Shown here: one piece after another, positions 40,301 to 52,728 of the stretch
Position numbering within the stretch: position 1 is the first letter of the stretch
Layout: each line of letters opens with the position of its first letter
Notes under the pieces: model-generated
What the model was told of the DNA's origin: nothing
Database searches by the model: none
What the model saw: only the letters and a program-made list of their open reading frames with translations
Position numbers and translations under genes: made by a program
Source of the DNA: Tubulanus polymorphus
Lineage: Eukaryota > Animalia > Nemertea
Assembly: GCF_964204645.1 (NCBI RefSeq)
Contig: NC_134030.1
Span: 22,404,210-22,468,209 of the forward strand
Reading direction: 5' to 3'
DNA length: 64,000 nt

Positions 40301-43300
40301 AGTATTGTAATATCAGCCGTTTTAACGCGGTCGCCGAGCTGACAATCCCGACGATCGGCGCTCAAAAACTGGCACCGATCGAGAGTATTTTTTCGACCGA
40401 GTATCAACAACAGCCGCAGCAGACAGCGGACGAGTACCTGAGTACTCACTCGCCAAGCTCCGACGATCAGGGGTACTCGTCCCCGTCGAGTAGCCACGGC
40501 AACGTCAACAGTCCGCTGAGCGACGCCGCGATCATCGAAGATGACGACAAACAGATTCTCGAACTCGTGAAAGAGATGACGGCGAAAAACGACAGCTGGT
40601 TTTTTAATATGACGACTTCGACGAGCGGCGGGCAGACGGCGGCGGCCATAACTCAACAGATTCCAACCGTCAGCAACACCGTAGTACGACCGACGTATAA
40701 TCAGCAGCCATTACGAGCCACCGTCGATTATAACCATCTGATTACGCAACAGTCATGCGCGACGTATCCTTACACCGCCGCCGCTGGGACGATTTACTGC
40801 CAGCAGCAACCGACTAATAATTACACGATGGAAAATAGGCCGATGCCATATTTTAATGTGAATAACAGCAATCAGCTCGGAGTGATGCAGCAGCAGCAGC
40901 AGCAGCAGCAGTACACGATGAACATGATGGGTCCGCGACCTCCCCCACCTCCTTACCCGACGAATAGTATCGTTACGAGCACAATAGGTGGCTCTGGGGG
41001 CTCGATGATAACGTACAATCAAATACCTGAGACTGTGCAGTTACTGACCAATAATCTAACGCAACAACCGCCGATCACCATGACTACGCCCATTCAACAA
41101 ACGCCTGTTTCTACGACGGCGATGACCGGTCAGATGGTCAACGTGCCGGTCAATATGGTTGTGCAGGTGCAGCAGCAGCAGCAGCAGCAGCAGCGGCAGG
41201 CGTCCGCTAACGGTAAAACAACGAAAAAGAATCATCATTCATCGTCGAAACTGACGTCGCTGCCACCTATTGCTCCGAAACCAAACCCACAAATAACCAG
41301 TGAACAGAAGATGTACCAGCAGCAGCAGCACCAGCAGCAGATGTACCAGCAGCAGAACAATGGTGTCTGCTACGGGGCTGAATTCAAGAAACCGTTTCCA
41401 GTGAAACCAACTCCGAAACTAAACATCGCGACCACTACAACAACAACATCAACTCAGAACGGTAAGTTAATGAGTACAGAGAGTGGGAGGAGAATGGAGG
41501 GAAACACAGGGAGGAGGGAGTGGAGCGTAGTGGAGGGGAACTAATGAGTAGGCCTACAGGGAGTACTATTCTAGTCATTCTAGTCCGCTTTCTGGTACAA
41601 GAGGCAGAGCTAGATCTGAGGGTCTCACCTCATACGTGTATGAGTCACTTACAGTTTTTGCAATATTATGTTATGGGTAAATTCCAAACCGAAAAAGGTC
41701 AAGAATTTCCTATAAAGGTCCGCGATGATTTTGTACTGATTGCACGGACATGTTTTGTCCTCCAGGGCAGCTAGATTTGAGGGGCCTAAGACATGAACGA
41801 GATAGTTTTTGAAACAGGAAAATTTTACCGTTTGCCGGAATTTCTCGTTTAATTCTGCTTTCATTTTACACAAAAAACATTTTCAATAATTGGGCCGCTG
41901 AATATTTCGAAAAAAATAACATTTATTTGTGGAATAAAAATCTGCATTCCTCGCTCGATCACTGGGTTTTTGTTATTGAAAATGTGATAATTCACTAGGG
42001 GGAATTCCCCTCGGTAATCTGGATGACCTTTATTACGGGAAACCCTCTCCGGTATGAATGAGGTTTTATTCTGTGAGGTTTTATTTCGTGTTTGTGTTTG
42101 GTGATGGATTCACTCATGTTACGCTTCGTCTGCTCATTGTAGTTGCGAAACTACCGACGCCACCTACGATGCCGGAGATTATCCTCACGAAACTCGACCT
42201 GGCTCGCGCTCAAGTCGCCAAGATGTCGATGGAGCGTATGATCGAACCGGACTCTGAGGGAGAATGGTAAGTGTTAGTTGATAACCCCCCTCTCATCCCT
42301 CTTCCCCTCCCCCTCTCATCCCCCTCCCCCTCTCATCCCCCTCTCCCTCTCATCCCCCTCCCCTCTCATCCCCCTCTCATCCCCAGCAAACATTTAATCA
42401 TATACTATTCTTATTTCCTAATATCTTTAAATATCTTCTTTTTTGATTTTGAAATTTTACGTAATTTTGTTTGCATTGTTTGTTATACTCGTTTTCCACC
42501 CCTTCTAAAATCCATAGTAACCAGAGTTGCACGGAATTTTCATTTTTACATTGTTAGATTAGCTATAGAACTCAGATGGTCTGAGAGACTGGTCTACAAG
42601 CTTAATCCACAATTGTGCGACTGTGGCCCCTGCTGTTTTAACCCCCTTCGTTCGACCCTCAAAGAAATTCTATTCAAATTACGAAATAGCTGATCAAAGA
42701 TTTTGAAACATTTTTCAGGATCCCTACGATTCCTTGACAACAACTTCTTAAACAAAAATGTTTTTCAATATCCTCCTCGAATAATCCTTGAATTTGAGCG
42801 AAATGCTCGAAAGTCCTTGAAACAACTCCTTGAATTTTGAGAAATTGGCAATATTAGAAAATCTTTAGGTTATTATGCACACAGATTCCAACGAATTAAA
42901 TGGTAAAGATAAACAGTACTGATTTAGGAGGAGTCTATGGTGGGATATGAAAGTGATTCTGAATTTAGGAGGAGTCTACAGTAATTGGGATATGAAAGTG
43001 ATTCTGACGCTTCCACGAAATTTGAAATTTTCTCGTTGAAAACTCCTTATCTCCAGGAATGACTGAAATCCTGTTTTTCCCCTATTTAAACATCTTTTAA
43101 TCTTGAAAGATGTTTTCACGATGCGCTGTTGTTAACAACTGTTTCTATTTGTTGTTTTCACAGGACGATTCATGGAATCATCGATTCCGAAGAGGTTTTA
43201 TTCCTGCAGGCGTACCTCGAGCGTTTACGACGAATCGACCAAAAAATGCCGGGAATCGAAGCGAAAATTCTCAGCGCCAAATCGGACGACTTCGTACGTA

Positions 43301-45805
43301 GAATTCCCGATTTCTCAAATTCATACGTTCTGTATACGTTCACCAGGGGGCGTTGACTATTGAAATTGAGTTTTTACTAAACCCCCGGGGCCGGTTGCAT
43401 CGTCGTGGCTTAAGTTCAAAAGTGGTCTTAAATCTTAAGACTGGTCTGAAGTCTTAAGATTGGCTATAGAACTAAGTTCGTCTTAGACTGGTCTTAAATC
43501 TAAGCCATGTCTATGCAATCTGCCTGTGGTTCTGTATACATTCACCAGAGGGCATTGAATATTGAAATAGAATTCTAAGAGCTCCAGTTCTACAAACATT
43601 CACCAGGGGGCGTTAGAGAATGAAATTGAGTTTTATAAACCCACTGATTCTTTGTATGATCACCAGGGGGCGTTAGATAATGAAATTGAGTTTCATAAAC
43701 CCACTGATTCTTTGTATGTTCACCAGGGGGCGTTATTTATTGAAATTGATTTTCTATTGGCAGACGCCGCTGCACCTTGCCGTTCTGATGTACAATAACT
43801 GCGACATGGTGCGACTGTTGCTCGAATACGGAGCCAGCCCGAATGAGTTGATCCGGGTTCGTGACGCGTGCGGTAACGGTCACTGGAAGCGTCTGCTCCA
43901 TGTAGCCGCCAGCGGAGGGTTAGAATGGTTCCCGGTCTTACAGGTTCTCGCCAAGTTCCAGGGAACTAATAAAGAGGAGAAGGATTCGCATGGTAGGTTC
44001 AATAAAGGTGGTGCCACGCTACGGCAATCTCTTAAATGGGAGGCTGTCAAATATGTCAAAATATCTGAAAGGAACAGAGTCTCTACTGTACCATCCAACT
44101 CAGATATCACTGTCAATCAAGAATATCTGACTTGAGCGGAGTCTGCTGTACCATACAACTCAGATATCACTCTCAAGTCAAAAGATCTGACTTGAGTGGA
44201 GTCTACTGTACCATCCAACTCGGATATCACTCTCAAGTCAAAGGATCTGACTTGAGCGGAGTCTACTGTACCATCCAACTCAGATATCACTCTCAAGTCA
44301 AAAGATCCGACTTGAGCTGAGTCTACTGTACCATCCAACTCAGATATCACTCTCAAGTCAAAAGATCTGACTTGAGCGGAGTCTACTGTATCATCCAACT
44401 CAGATATCACTCTCAAGTCAAAAGATCAGACTTGAGCGGAGTCTACTGTATCATCCAACTCAGATATCACTCTCAAGTCAAAAGATCAGACTTGAGCGGA
44501 GTCTACTGTATCATCCAACTCAGATATCACTGTCAATCGAAAATATCTTACTTGAGCGGAGTCTACTGTACCATCCAACTCAGATATCACTCTCAAGTCC
44601 AAAGATCAGACTAGAGCGGAGTCTACTGTATCATCCAACTAAGATATGACTCTCAAGTCAAATGATCTGAATCTTGAGCGGAGTCTACTGCATCATCCAA
44701 CTCAGATATCACTCTCAAGTTAGCAGATCCGACTTGAGCGGAGTCTACTGTATCATCAAACTCAGATATCACTGTCAAGTCAAAAGATCTGACTTGAGCG
44801 GAGTCTACTGTATCATCCAACTCAGATATCACTCTCAAGTCAACAGATCTGACTTGAGTCTACTGTATCAATAAATCATCGACCGCCCCATATCTTCTAA
44901 TATTTGATCATTTCATGTAAATATATTGAAGGTTTGACTGCTCTTCACTGCGCTATCAAAGAACACGCACAACCGAAAACTGACAGGAAAACAGGACGCG
45001 AGATTCTGAATGACAGTACACCAACTGTGTGTATGCTACTGAACTGTGGAGCCAGCGCTTTTCAAAAGGTATCTTTTATACTCATGAAACTTTATAAATT
45101 ACGGGAGTCAAAATTTGGACACTTTTGCCAATTGTACAAAAATAAGTAAACTATTTCGTAGATTCTTATGGGAGGCCCAGAGAAAATTCTGTTTGTTGAA
45201 ACAAATGCGAATTTCAAGAATGAGTTGCCCAGTTGCAAGTTTAATCCATTTCATTTTGCCTTTCTGGGCAACTTGACATTTTAGAGGGTGGGTGCCCATC
45301 CCCTGCACCCTCCCTTCAGATCCACCATTGAATCAGAAGCCCAGAAAATCTAAAATGTAGAGGATTAATTTGAATAAATTTGCATATTTAATTAGGACGA
45401 TAAATCTGGACAGACGGCAATTCATTTTGCCGTGGCAACGCAGGACTACCGTCTCGTACATGAGGTTCTCCGCATTACGCCAAACATAGCGGAGGTAATA
45501 AATATTCCTCGCATGGATAAGAACACGCCGCTCCACCTGGTGGCCGGAATGGAATTCAGAACGCCAGACGAGCACGTGCACATGGTTCAGATGTTGCTGC
45601 ATTACGGGGCCGAGCGTGAATGCAAAAACCAAGAGGGGAAATATCCGTATCAAGTCGCCAAAGGCAACCAACAGGTCGGTTTGAAAAGAAAACGTATTCG
45701 AAATTTCGTAAATACTCGATTCTAATAAAAGATGGCGCTGCTGCTACATTTTTCTTTCGTTTGCACATTCAGATCGAAACCCTGTTGAATTTGAAGAATC
45801 GATGA
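34390..45805 (+). CDS. Nuclear/atypical IkB-family ankyrin protein (IkB-zeta/IkBNS/Bcl-3-like); exons 34390-34495, 39668-41461, 42143-42266, 43164-43293, 43764-43992, 44932-45068, 45396-45674, 45773-45805
   Basis: Long Q/P/S/T-rich N-terminus followed by C-terminal ankyrin repeats (TPLHLAV, LLHVAA, GLTALHCAI, DDKSGQTAIHFAV, NTPLHLVA, GAERECKNQEGKYP). The pre-ankyrin helix LDLARAQVAKMSMERMIEPDSEGE resembles IkB-zeta/IkBNS. Exon 1 is inferred from a phase-1 match. The exact ortholog is unresolved. Confidence 0.8.
37225..37628. repeat. ~89-bp tandem array (related unit near 15025-15110)
   Basis: Recurrent GTCACATTACTGAAGTCATCTCTATTTTTGAGTCTCAATTT. Confidence 0.9.
37920..38454. repeat. 32-bp GC-rich minisatellite (~16.5 copies) in IkB intron 1
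   Basis: Unit CCCACGGAGCTCCACTCGCGGTACCTCCTCAG. Confidence 0.98.
39050..39606. repeat. 20-bp array derived from the MITE A TIR (39050-39400) and a 10-bp GATCCAAT array (39460-39606)
   Basis: CAGTTCCACAGTTCTGGA repeats; GTGATCCAAT repeats. Confidence 0.85.
41998..42046. promoter_or_regulatory. Paired intronic NF-kB sites
   Basis: Palindromic GGGGAATTCCCC (41999-42010) and GGGAAACCCT (42037-42046) in intron 2 of an IkB-family gene. Confidence 0.6.
43387..43524. mobile_element. ~135-bp MITE family C (copy at 20052-20178)
   Basis: GGGGCCGGTTGCAT..TCGTGGCTTA ... TAAGCCATG.CTATGCAA inverted termini and a shared interior at two loci. Confidence 0.65.
44078..44870. repeat. 60-bp tandem array (~13 copies) in an IkB intron
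   Basis: Unit CAGATATCACTCTCAAGTCAAAAGATCTGACTTGAGCGGAGTCTACTGTACCATCCAACT. Confidence 0.97.
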
Positions 45806-47304
45806 TGTTGAATTCTGTGTCTCCGAACAAAATGGCCGTCGAAACAAGATCCAAAGTGAAATATAGAAACTTTAACCCCCCTCTGTCAGTGTGATGCTGG
45901 CCCGCTGCCCGGGCAGTGTGATGCTGGCCCGCCACCCGCCTGCAGAAACAATGAAATTGTAAATATCTATTTAACTAGTTCTATAACGGTGAAAAACTAG
46001 AGATTGAAATTGAGATTTTAGAGAATTTTTTTGTTAAATGTAATTTGAGGGATTTTTAAGGTAAATCGATGCAATTTTAAAATTGAGGGGATTTTGAGAG
46101 GTAACTCATGAGGTTATTGAAGATGTAACAGAGGCAACACATTATTTACTTCATTGTTAGAGATAAGTTCCGAGCCAATACTTGTTGTCGATTGGTCGGT
46201 GATAGATGTCAAGCGTTGCGATTGGTCAATAATGCAGTCAGGAAAAGCTTATGATTGGTTTATTTTGTTGATGTCATTGTGAATAATTATGATTAATGTT
46301 AAAATTATGCCATCCATTAATGAATGTTCTCCTACTTGTTGTGTTCAGACTGTGCCTGTTTTTAATACAGTAAACTCCTCCTCGCTCGATACTGGGCAAC
46401 TTAGGGAACTGTCCAAGTCTTGGGGGAATTTTACCGGTATTTTTTTGGATACATTTTCCAAGTTTCCTGATTCTTGACTAGATGAAATATTTACAGCAGT
46501 CCCAATGCTACCAACCTTTCTCGGGCTGGTTCCTTAGTCATCAGACCTGTTGAAGATCATCCGAGTTCTGCGTAATCCAATTTTAAACAACTTAAGACCA
46601 GGTTAATAACCACTTTTCGACAAGAACCAGACCCGGATTAAGGCAAAGTCTACATTGTACTAGGCTTGCTAATTCGATATGTAACTACGCCTTTCATGAA
46701 GTACATGTAAATATCACACATGCATGCAGAATAGGAGGGGATGACTCATGTTCAATGTAAATACCACTCTTTTTAACGCACCTTTCTCGTTAGAATACCA
46801 TGTTTTCTATTGGTGCCAGCAGCAGCAGCAGCAGCAGCAGCATTATAAAGGACTTTAACTTTTATGGGTTGTTGAAGATTTTTGCAAACAAACTTGATGA
46901 CGACAGAGCTGCCAAAAACCATAATATAAATCATAGAATTGGGCATTATGATTATTATTCATATAATTATTATTATTGTAAGAATTCATAAATTCTATTT
47001 AATTACAGCAACTATTATTTGCACATCACTGAAGATATGTATTTTACAAACTCTATACATGTGAGATATTCTTTAGATTAATGAAATAAACTGCCAAAAC
47101 ATTGTTCAAATGAAATTCGTTTTCAATGTAAATAGAAAAATAAACTGTTTTATCTGTGCTTCTCATATTTATGATTAAATTAGTTCGACTACTGAATTTA
47201 TAGAATCATTTAAGAAGCGAAATAAAAATATTTTAACGTTTTTTGAAAATGATTTATTTTGTTTTCGTGATTCAAGTTTCTAGAACTAAAGTCAAACTCG
47301 CTGT

Positions 47305-48235
47305 ACAAACATCAGATATTAGACATTTTATCAGCACAGTTTTAAAAACGGAAGTTCACACTTCACATGTGTTCAGTGCTTCACCTGAGACATTTCTAAT
47401 TGAAAATTAACTACAAACACCAGACATTAGATATTTTATCAGCACACTTTCAAAAACTGATCGTCCACACTTCACATGTGTTCAGTGCTTCACCTGAGAC
47501 ATTTCGAATTGAAAATGAACTACAAACACCAGATATTAGACATTTTATCAGCACACTTTCACAAACTGATCGTTCACACTTCACATGTGTTCAGTGCTTC
47601 ACCTGAGACATTTCTAATTGAAAATTAACTACAAACACCAGATATTAGACATTTTATCAGCACACTTTCAAAAACTGATCATCCACACTTCACATGTGTT
47701 CAGTGCTTCACCTGAGACATTTCTAATTGAAAATTAACTACAAACACCAGATATTAGACATTTTATCAGCACACTTTCAAAAACTGATCGTCCACACTTC
47801 ACATGTGTTCAGTGCTTCATCTGAGACATTTTTGATTGAAAATGAACTACAAACACCAGATATTAGACATTTTATCAGCACACTTTCAAAAACTGATCGT
47901 CCACACTTCAAATGTGTTCAGTGCTTCATCTGAGACATTTTTGATTGAAAATGAACTACTAACACCAGATATTAGACATTTTATCAGAACACTTTCAAAA
48001 ACTGATCGTCCACACTTCACATGTGTTCAGTGCTTCACCTGAGACATTTTTGATTGAAAATGAACTACAAACACCAGATATTAGACATTTTATCAGCACA
48101 CTTTCAAAAACTGATCGTCCACACTTCACATGTGTTCAGTGCTTCATCTGAGACATTTTTGATTGAAAATGAACTACAAACACCAGATATTAGACATTTT
48201 ATCAGCACAGTTTCAAAAACTGATCGTCCACACTC
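47305..48235. repeat. 109-bp tandem array (~8.5 copies)
   Basis: Recurrent ACAAACACCAGATATTAGACATTTTATCAGCACACTTTCAAAAACTGATCGTCCACACTTCACATGTG. Confidence 0.97.
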
Positions 48236-48822
48236 CACTGACAAAATCATCATTATTATGATGGTTGCCAATAGGAAACAGATCCAGGCTTTAGATTGAT
48301 ACTGTTATCAGCAAAATGCAAAAACTAATTTGCCGAGTCGAGCCTGATTGAAGAAGGCCACAGTTTGAACTACTAGGAACTGTTAAAGCAAAGCATACAT
48401 CGACAAAGCGACTGGAGACAACTAGTTGCTAGTGAGTGAGTACCCACACACATCAAAAATCTAATGAAAACCAGCAACTGCATGGCTCATGCCAGTCGCT
48501 AGGTCCATAGCGCGTACATTCAGCAACTGAGATGTGTTATCTAGCAAATATTCTAAAGGCATCTCAAGTCACGTGACTCATTGCTTTGTTTTAGTCAGTT
48601 GCAACCGTGTGTTGTTGATTGTGGAGCGCTCACATCGACGGATATGACGGCAACTGAGTACAACTAGTTGCTCAAAAGTAGAACATGAGCAACTGGCTGG
48701 AACTGGAGACAGATGGACGCTAACCAATCATAAGCAAGCTCACACTGATTGTATCCAGCCAGTTGCTCTCATGCCCCGAAAACGTCGCTAGGCTTTAGAA
48801 CGGATCGAAGGAACGCTAAATT

Positions 48823-49401
48823 TCACGTCATCGTTTTCTGATCAAGTTTTTCCCGCTCGGTTAAAAATCGTCTCTCGTTTTCGACCGCTAACTCGTAGAG
48901 TTTCATATCTAACCCGTCGACGCACCGGCTGACGAACGCCTGCAGCACCAATCCGCCGCTGTCGTCGTTCAACGATAGTTCACCGAGGAATTGAAAGAGG
49001 GAGCCACCGGCCGAATGAAACGGTTCTATAAACGCGGTGTTGACGGTTAGTAGGTGATTTTTAGCAGACGGATCCTCGATTAGAACCAGACACGACGAGA
49101 AATCGTGATCGACTAGTCTGAAACAGAAAACGAGGAATCAATTAAATCGGGAATCTGAAAACAGGAATCGGCATAAAAAACAGGAATCATCAATCTGAAA
49201 ACGTTAGGAATATGAAAACAGGAATCGGCATAAAAAACAGCTGAATCATCAATCTGAAAACGTTAGGAATCTGAAAACAGGAATCAGGATAAAAACATGA
49301 ATCAATAATCTGAAAACATTAGGAATCTGGAAACAGGAATCAGTAATCTAAAAACATGAATGAAGAATCTGAAAACATTAGGAATTTAATATTCAATTCA
49401 T

Positions 49402-49433
<32 letters not shown>

Positions 49434-49654
49434 TGATGACATCATCCAACCGAAATTCGTAGCATCGCTTCACTTCAACTTAATATTTTGCGGTTTTAGA
49501 TCGAGTGTCATCGCGAAATAATGAATTCAGCGTTAAAACATAATTGAAAATACCTGCCGGTTACTCGAACGATGTTCTCTGATCTTTTAGTAACGATATC
49601 TGGGCGTAATTCTCTGACGAAATAAATTCGACCGGTCGAACAAACCGCCTCCAT
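48823..49654 (-). CDS. TEN1: CST complex subunit TEN1 (OB fold, ~131 aa); exons 49554-49654 and 48823-49117
   Basis: Manual translation MEAVCSTGRIYFVREL...VRVTGRLVDHD...VNTAFIEPFHSAGGSLFQFLGEL...LQAFVSRCVDGLDMKLYELAVENERRFL matches the TEN1 pattern (R.TGRL, EPF...GSL...LGEL, CVDG.D..L). GT-AG intron in phase 2. Not in the ORF track. Confidence 0.9.
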
Positions 49655-50010
49655 TTTTTGTTAACGGACGCTGCAGTATGGCGAATTACGGGATTCGAAC
49701 CCGATCAGCTAATCGATGACAGCGATGTGAAAATCTGAAAAACATAATCTTATAGATCCTGTTTTAAATTGTAACCTAAATAAGCAAAATTCCTTGACCG
49801 ATATGATAATAGAAAACATTTCTATAGATTTTAAATTGATTGAATTGACTTGAAGGGGTAGCAATAATAATGCGGATGCGGACACGACAACCGGACTAAT
49901 GAAAAACCGGACTAATGAAAAACCGGGCCATGATTCGGCCGGGACGTTATCCTCACTGCCGTTTGGCTTGGTTGACTCTAGTCCAGCCGAGGCAAAAAAA
50001 ACAACAAAAC

Positions 50011-50185
50011 AAAAACAGCGCGAGATGACTTCAAAATAAAACAGCGCGAGATGACTTCATCAAAACAGCGCGAGATGACTTCAAAATAAAACAGCGCGAG
50101 ATGATTCATCAAAATAGCGCGAGATGACTTCATCAAAACAGCGCGAGATGACTACAAAATAAAACAGCGCGAGATGACTTCAAAA
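50011..50185. repeat. ~22-26-bp array upstream of TEN1
   Basis: AAAACAGCGCGAGATGACTTCA repeated about 7 times. Confidence 0.9.
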
Positions 50186-52664
50186 TGTGGTGAAAGGCAC
50201 CGCGTGATTTATCAATTCGATTTGAATTAACAATTAAACCAAATTTCATCATCAAAAAACTGCATCTTCTAAAAATATACGCGAAAAAATCGACATCAAA
50301 ACAAACAGCGCGCGACCAAAATCAGCCAAGATATCAGTAAATAGATTCAACCAAATTGACCAGAAACCTAGGTACCACAGGAATAGGGCCCGACCGGGAG
50401 GGGTTGAGTTGGGTGGATGCTGTCTGAACCTGAAACCAGTTGTACGTAAATGTCATTTGTATTTTATAAGAAGTAGAGTTCAACAGTTCAACTCTTCATC
50501 TTACTCAAATCACACTTAACTCACAAACTGTCAAACATTTTCAATCAAGTTCAATTGTAAATAAATGCAACTTTTAGTGTTAAAAAGTTCCGCTTGAAAT
50601 TACAATTGTATTTTATATTAACAGCTGAAATTATGTTCTAATTTATGGATCATCTAACTATTAACTAACTTTTCTAACTACTGAGGCAGGGTGAGGTTGA
50701 TGTGAGGGGATACTGAAATAGAATATAAACGATTAGACATATTATATACAGGTCGCACCTGAATTCTTCAGTCACTCTGTCATCATCATTCAACTTCAGA
50801 TTCAATCTTCTGTGACTAGGGGGTCTTGTTCTTCTCACTGAAATAGAACATACAGGCCGCACCTGAATCGGGCCACTCTGTTGTGTGCTGGGGGTGAAGA
50901 CACGTACTCTGTGGCCTAGTTTTCTGGGGTCTTGTCTCAGCGATGACCCTGAAATTGTTCTGTTTATTTCAAGAAAGTACATAATAGGCGTTGTCTAGTA
51001 AAACAATGAATTTGAAAAAACGGAAATTCTTAAAATAGAAAAAAACACCTGAAAATAGAGAGAAACCCTGGAAAAAAGAACGATGAAATACGGGATCCTG
51101 AAATGAAGATATTAGGCATCAAAATAAACAAATTGCTTCCTCCAACTGATGTCCACCTGAGATCTCCCAGGTCCCTCGCCGCTTATAGCACCCAAATTTA
51201 TATTTACTTAAACAACCGCATTTTATTTGATATATTTTGTACTAATTTCTATAACTTACTAACTCACCGAGTAAGTTCCTAATAAATAACTAAACCTATA
51301 AAACATAATTTCAGCTGTTAATGTTTTTCTAACTTACAGTTTATCCAATCCTGTGTGTGTAATGTATGAATCCAGTCATAATCATAGAGTCAATTTGAAT
51401 CCTTGTGTTTTTAACAACAGTTCATTTTTTGAGAACAGTTTATATTATATAATCCTGAATTAGTTTGAACGCGATTCCATTCCAAATAAATCCTGAAAAA
51501 GCAAGAAATTCCCAGAAATTCATAGGCCAATAAAAATGCAATTTTTGACTTTACATGTATGTGAAATGAACCTACCGGGTTTGGGTGGCGCTTATAACCA
51601 AATACAGGAAAAGGATCCAAAATCGCGACCAAACGCGAAACCTACAAATAAAATCATACAATACAGATTTAAAAAATGAATTGATTTTTGGCAGTTGTAC
51701 AAAATACAGAGTTTTCACCGCTTTCAGAAAATATTTTCAAATCGTCAATTAAAGTGTACTCATTCCAATTACGGGGCCTCCATTGAGTCCCGTATTGTTA
51801 TTTTTCGTCACTACCTCCCCGTGCCGGGAGTGGGTAATAGAATCTTCAAATTTGGGTCAGAAAATTGTTGAAGAAATCAACATAAAATTGGTGGCAAATA
51901 TTTCAATGTTTGACTTTATTAAAACTACGACAAACTCACCTTTACCAGTTACATCTTGAACTATTTAGAATATGTGTAACTCACAAGAGGTACATGTGAT
52001 ATTTGTCTGATTTTACGGGAGACATGTGCGAGCACCTCTAGGTTTGAAGACATACCAGTTGTATAAGAGGTCTATCTATGGTACAACGCCACGTACGACA
52101 AGAATGGTCGAACAATGCGTTACATTTTACATTATCTAACTATTGGGGTCAGTAAACTTACACATGTCCAACTGTTATAATCCATCTTCGCTCTATAAAC
52201 TGCGGAGCTTTACTTAAATCAATTCATTCCCCGATTGAATAAGGTAAACATGTGTGTATCAGAGACTTAAAATATCTTATAGCAATTGATTTGATTTAAT
52301 AATTAATATTTTATGACATCAACACCGGGTCCAGCTCCTAAAACATCATCATCAGTGATTGGACGCATAATCAGTCAAATACTCGTCACTGATTGGCTAA
52401 ATTAGAACAAAATCTGCATATCTAAGTAGAGATAGCGAAACTGGTTTAAACCGGTTTAGCGCGTATCACGTGACCTCGTATTGGCCGAGAACAAATGAAT
52501 GACATTTTAATAATTATTTAGGATCGAGGACGTTTTGAGTCACCGAAGTTTTATGTGTATATCAACCCACTTTAGAAATAAAAAAAGTTTTTAAATAGCG
52601 TGACCTGTAAACATCTGAGTCGCCAGTGACCCCAATCCTAGCTATTTAGTAACCCTAACCCTAA

Positions 52665-52728
52665 CAGGACTCGATCCTGACACCTTCAGCATGTCAGCCG
52701 AGCTTGCTAACCACTAGACCATAGATCA
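52665..52728 (-). pseudogene. tRNA-derived fragment (SINE head or tRNA pseudogene)
   Basis: TGGTCTAGTGGTTAGC A box, anticodon-like arm around CTGACAT, degenerate B box GGATCGAGTCC. No acceptor stem; followed by (TTAGGG)2. Confidence 0.55.

Noticed and set aside
39860-41238. Antisense ORFs over the large IkB exon (similarly over ADAR, GT31 and XRCC1 exons)
   Set aside because: Shadow ORFs of GC-rich coding sequence with no independent motifs.
44117-44874. Multiple repetitive ORFs on both strands; regular spacing suggestive of CRISPR
   Set aside because: Head-to-tail 60-bp intronic tandem repeat with no unique spacers, in a eukaryotic context.
45806-47230. Regnase/Roquin stem-loop or clustered AREs in the IkB 3'UTR
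   Set aside because: The region is AT-rich, but I could not identify a canonical CDE hairpin or overlapping ATTTA cluster by eye.
47400-48299. Four similar ~68-81-aa ORFs
   Set aside because: Frame-rotating translations of a 109-bp satellite.
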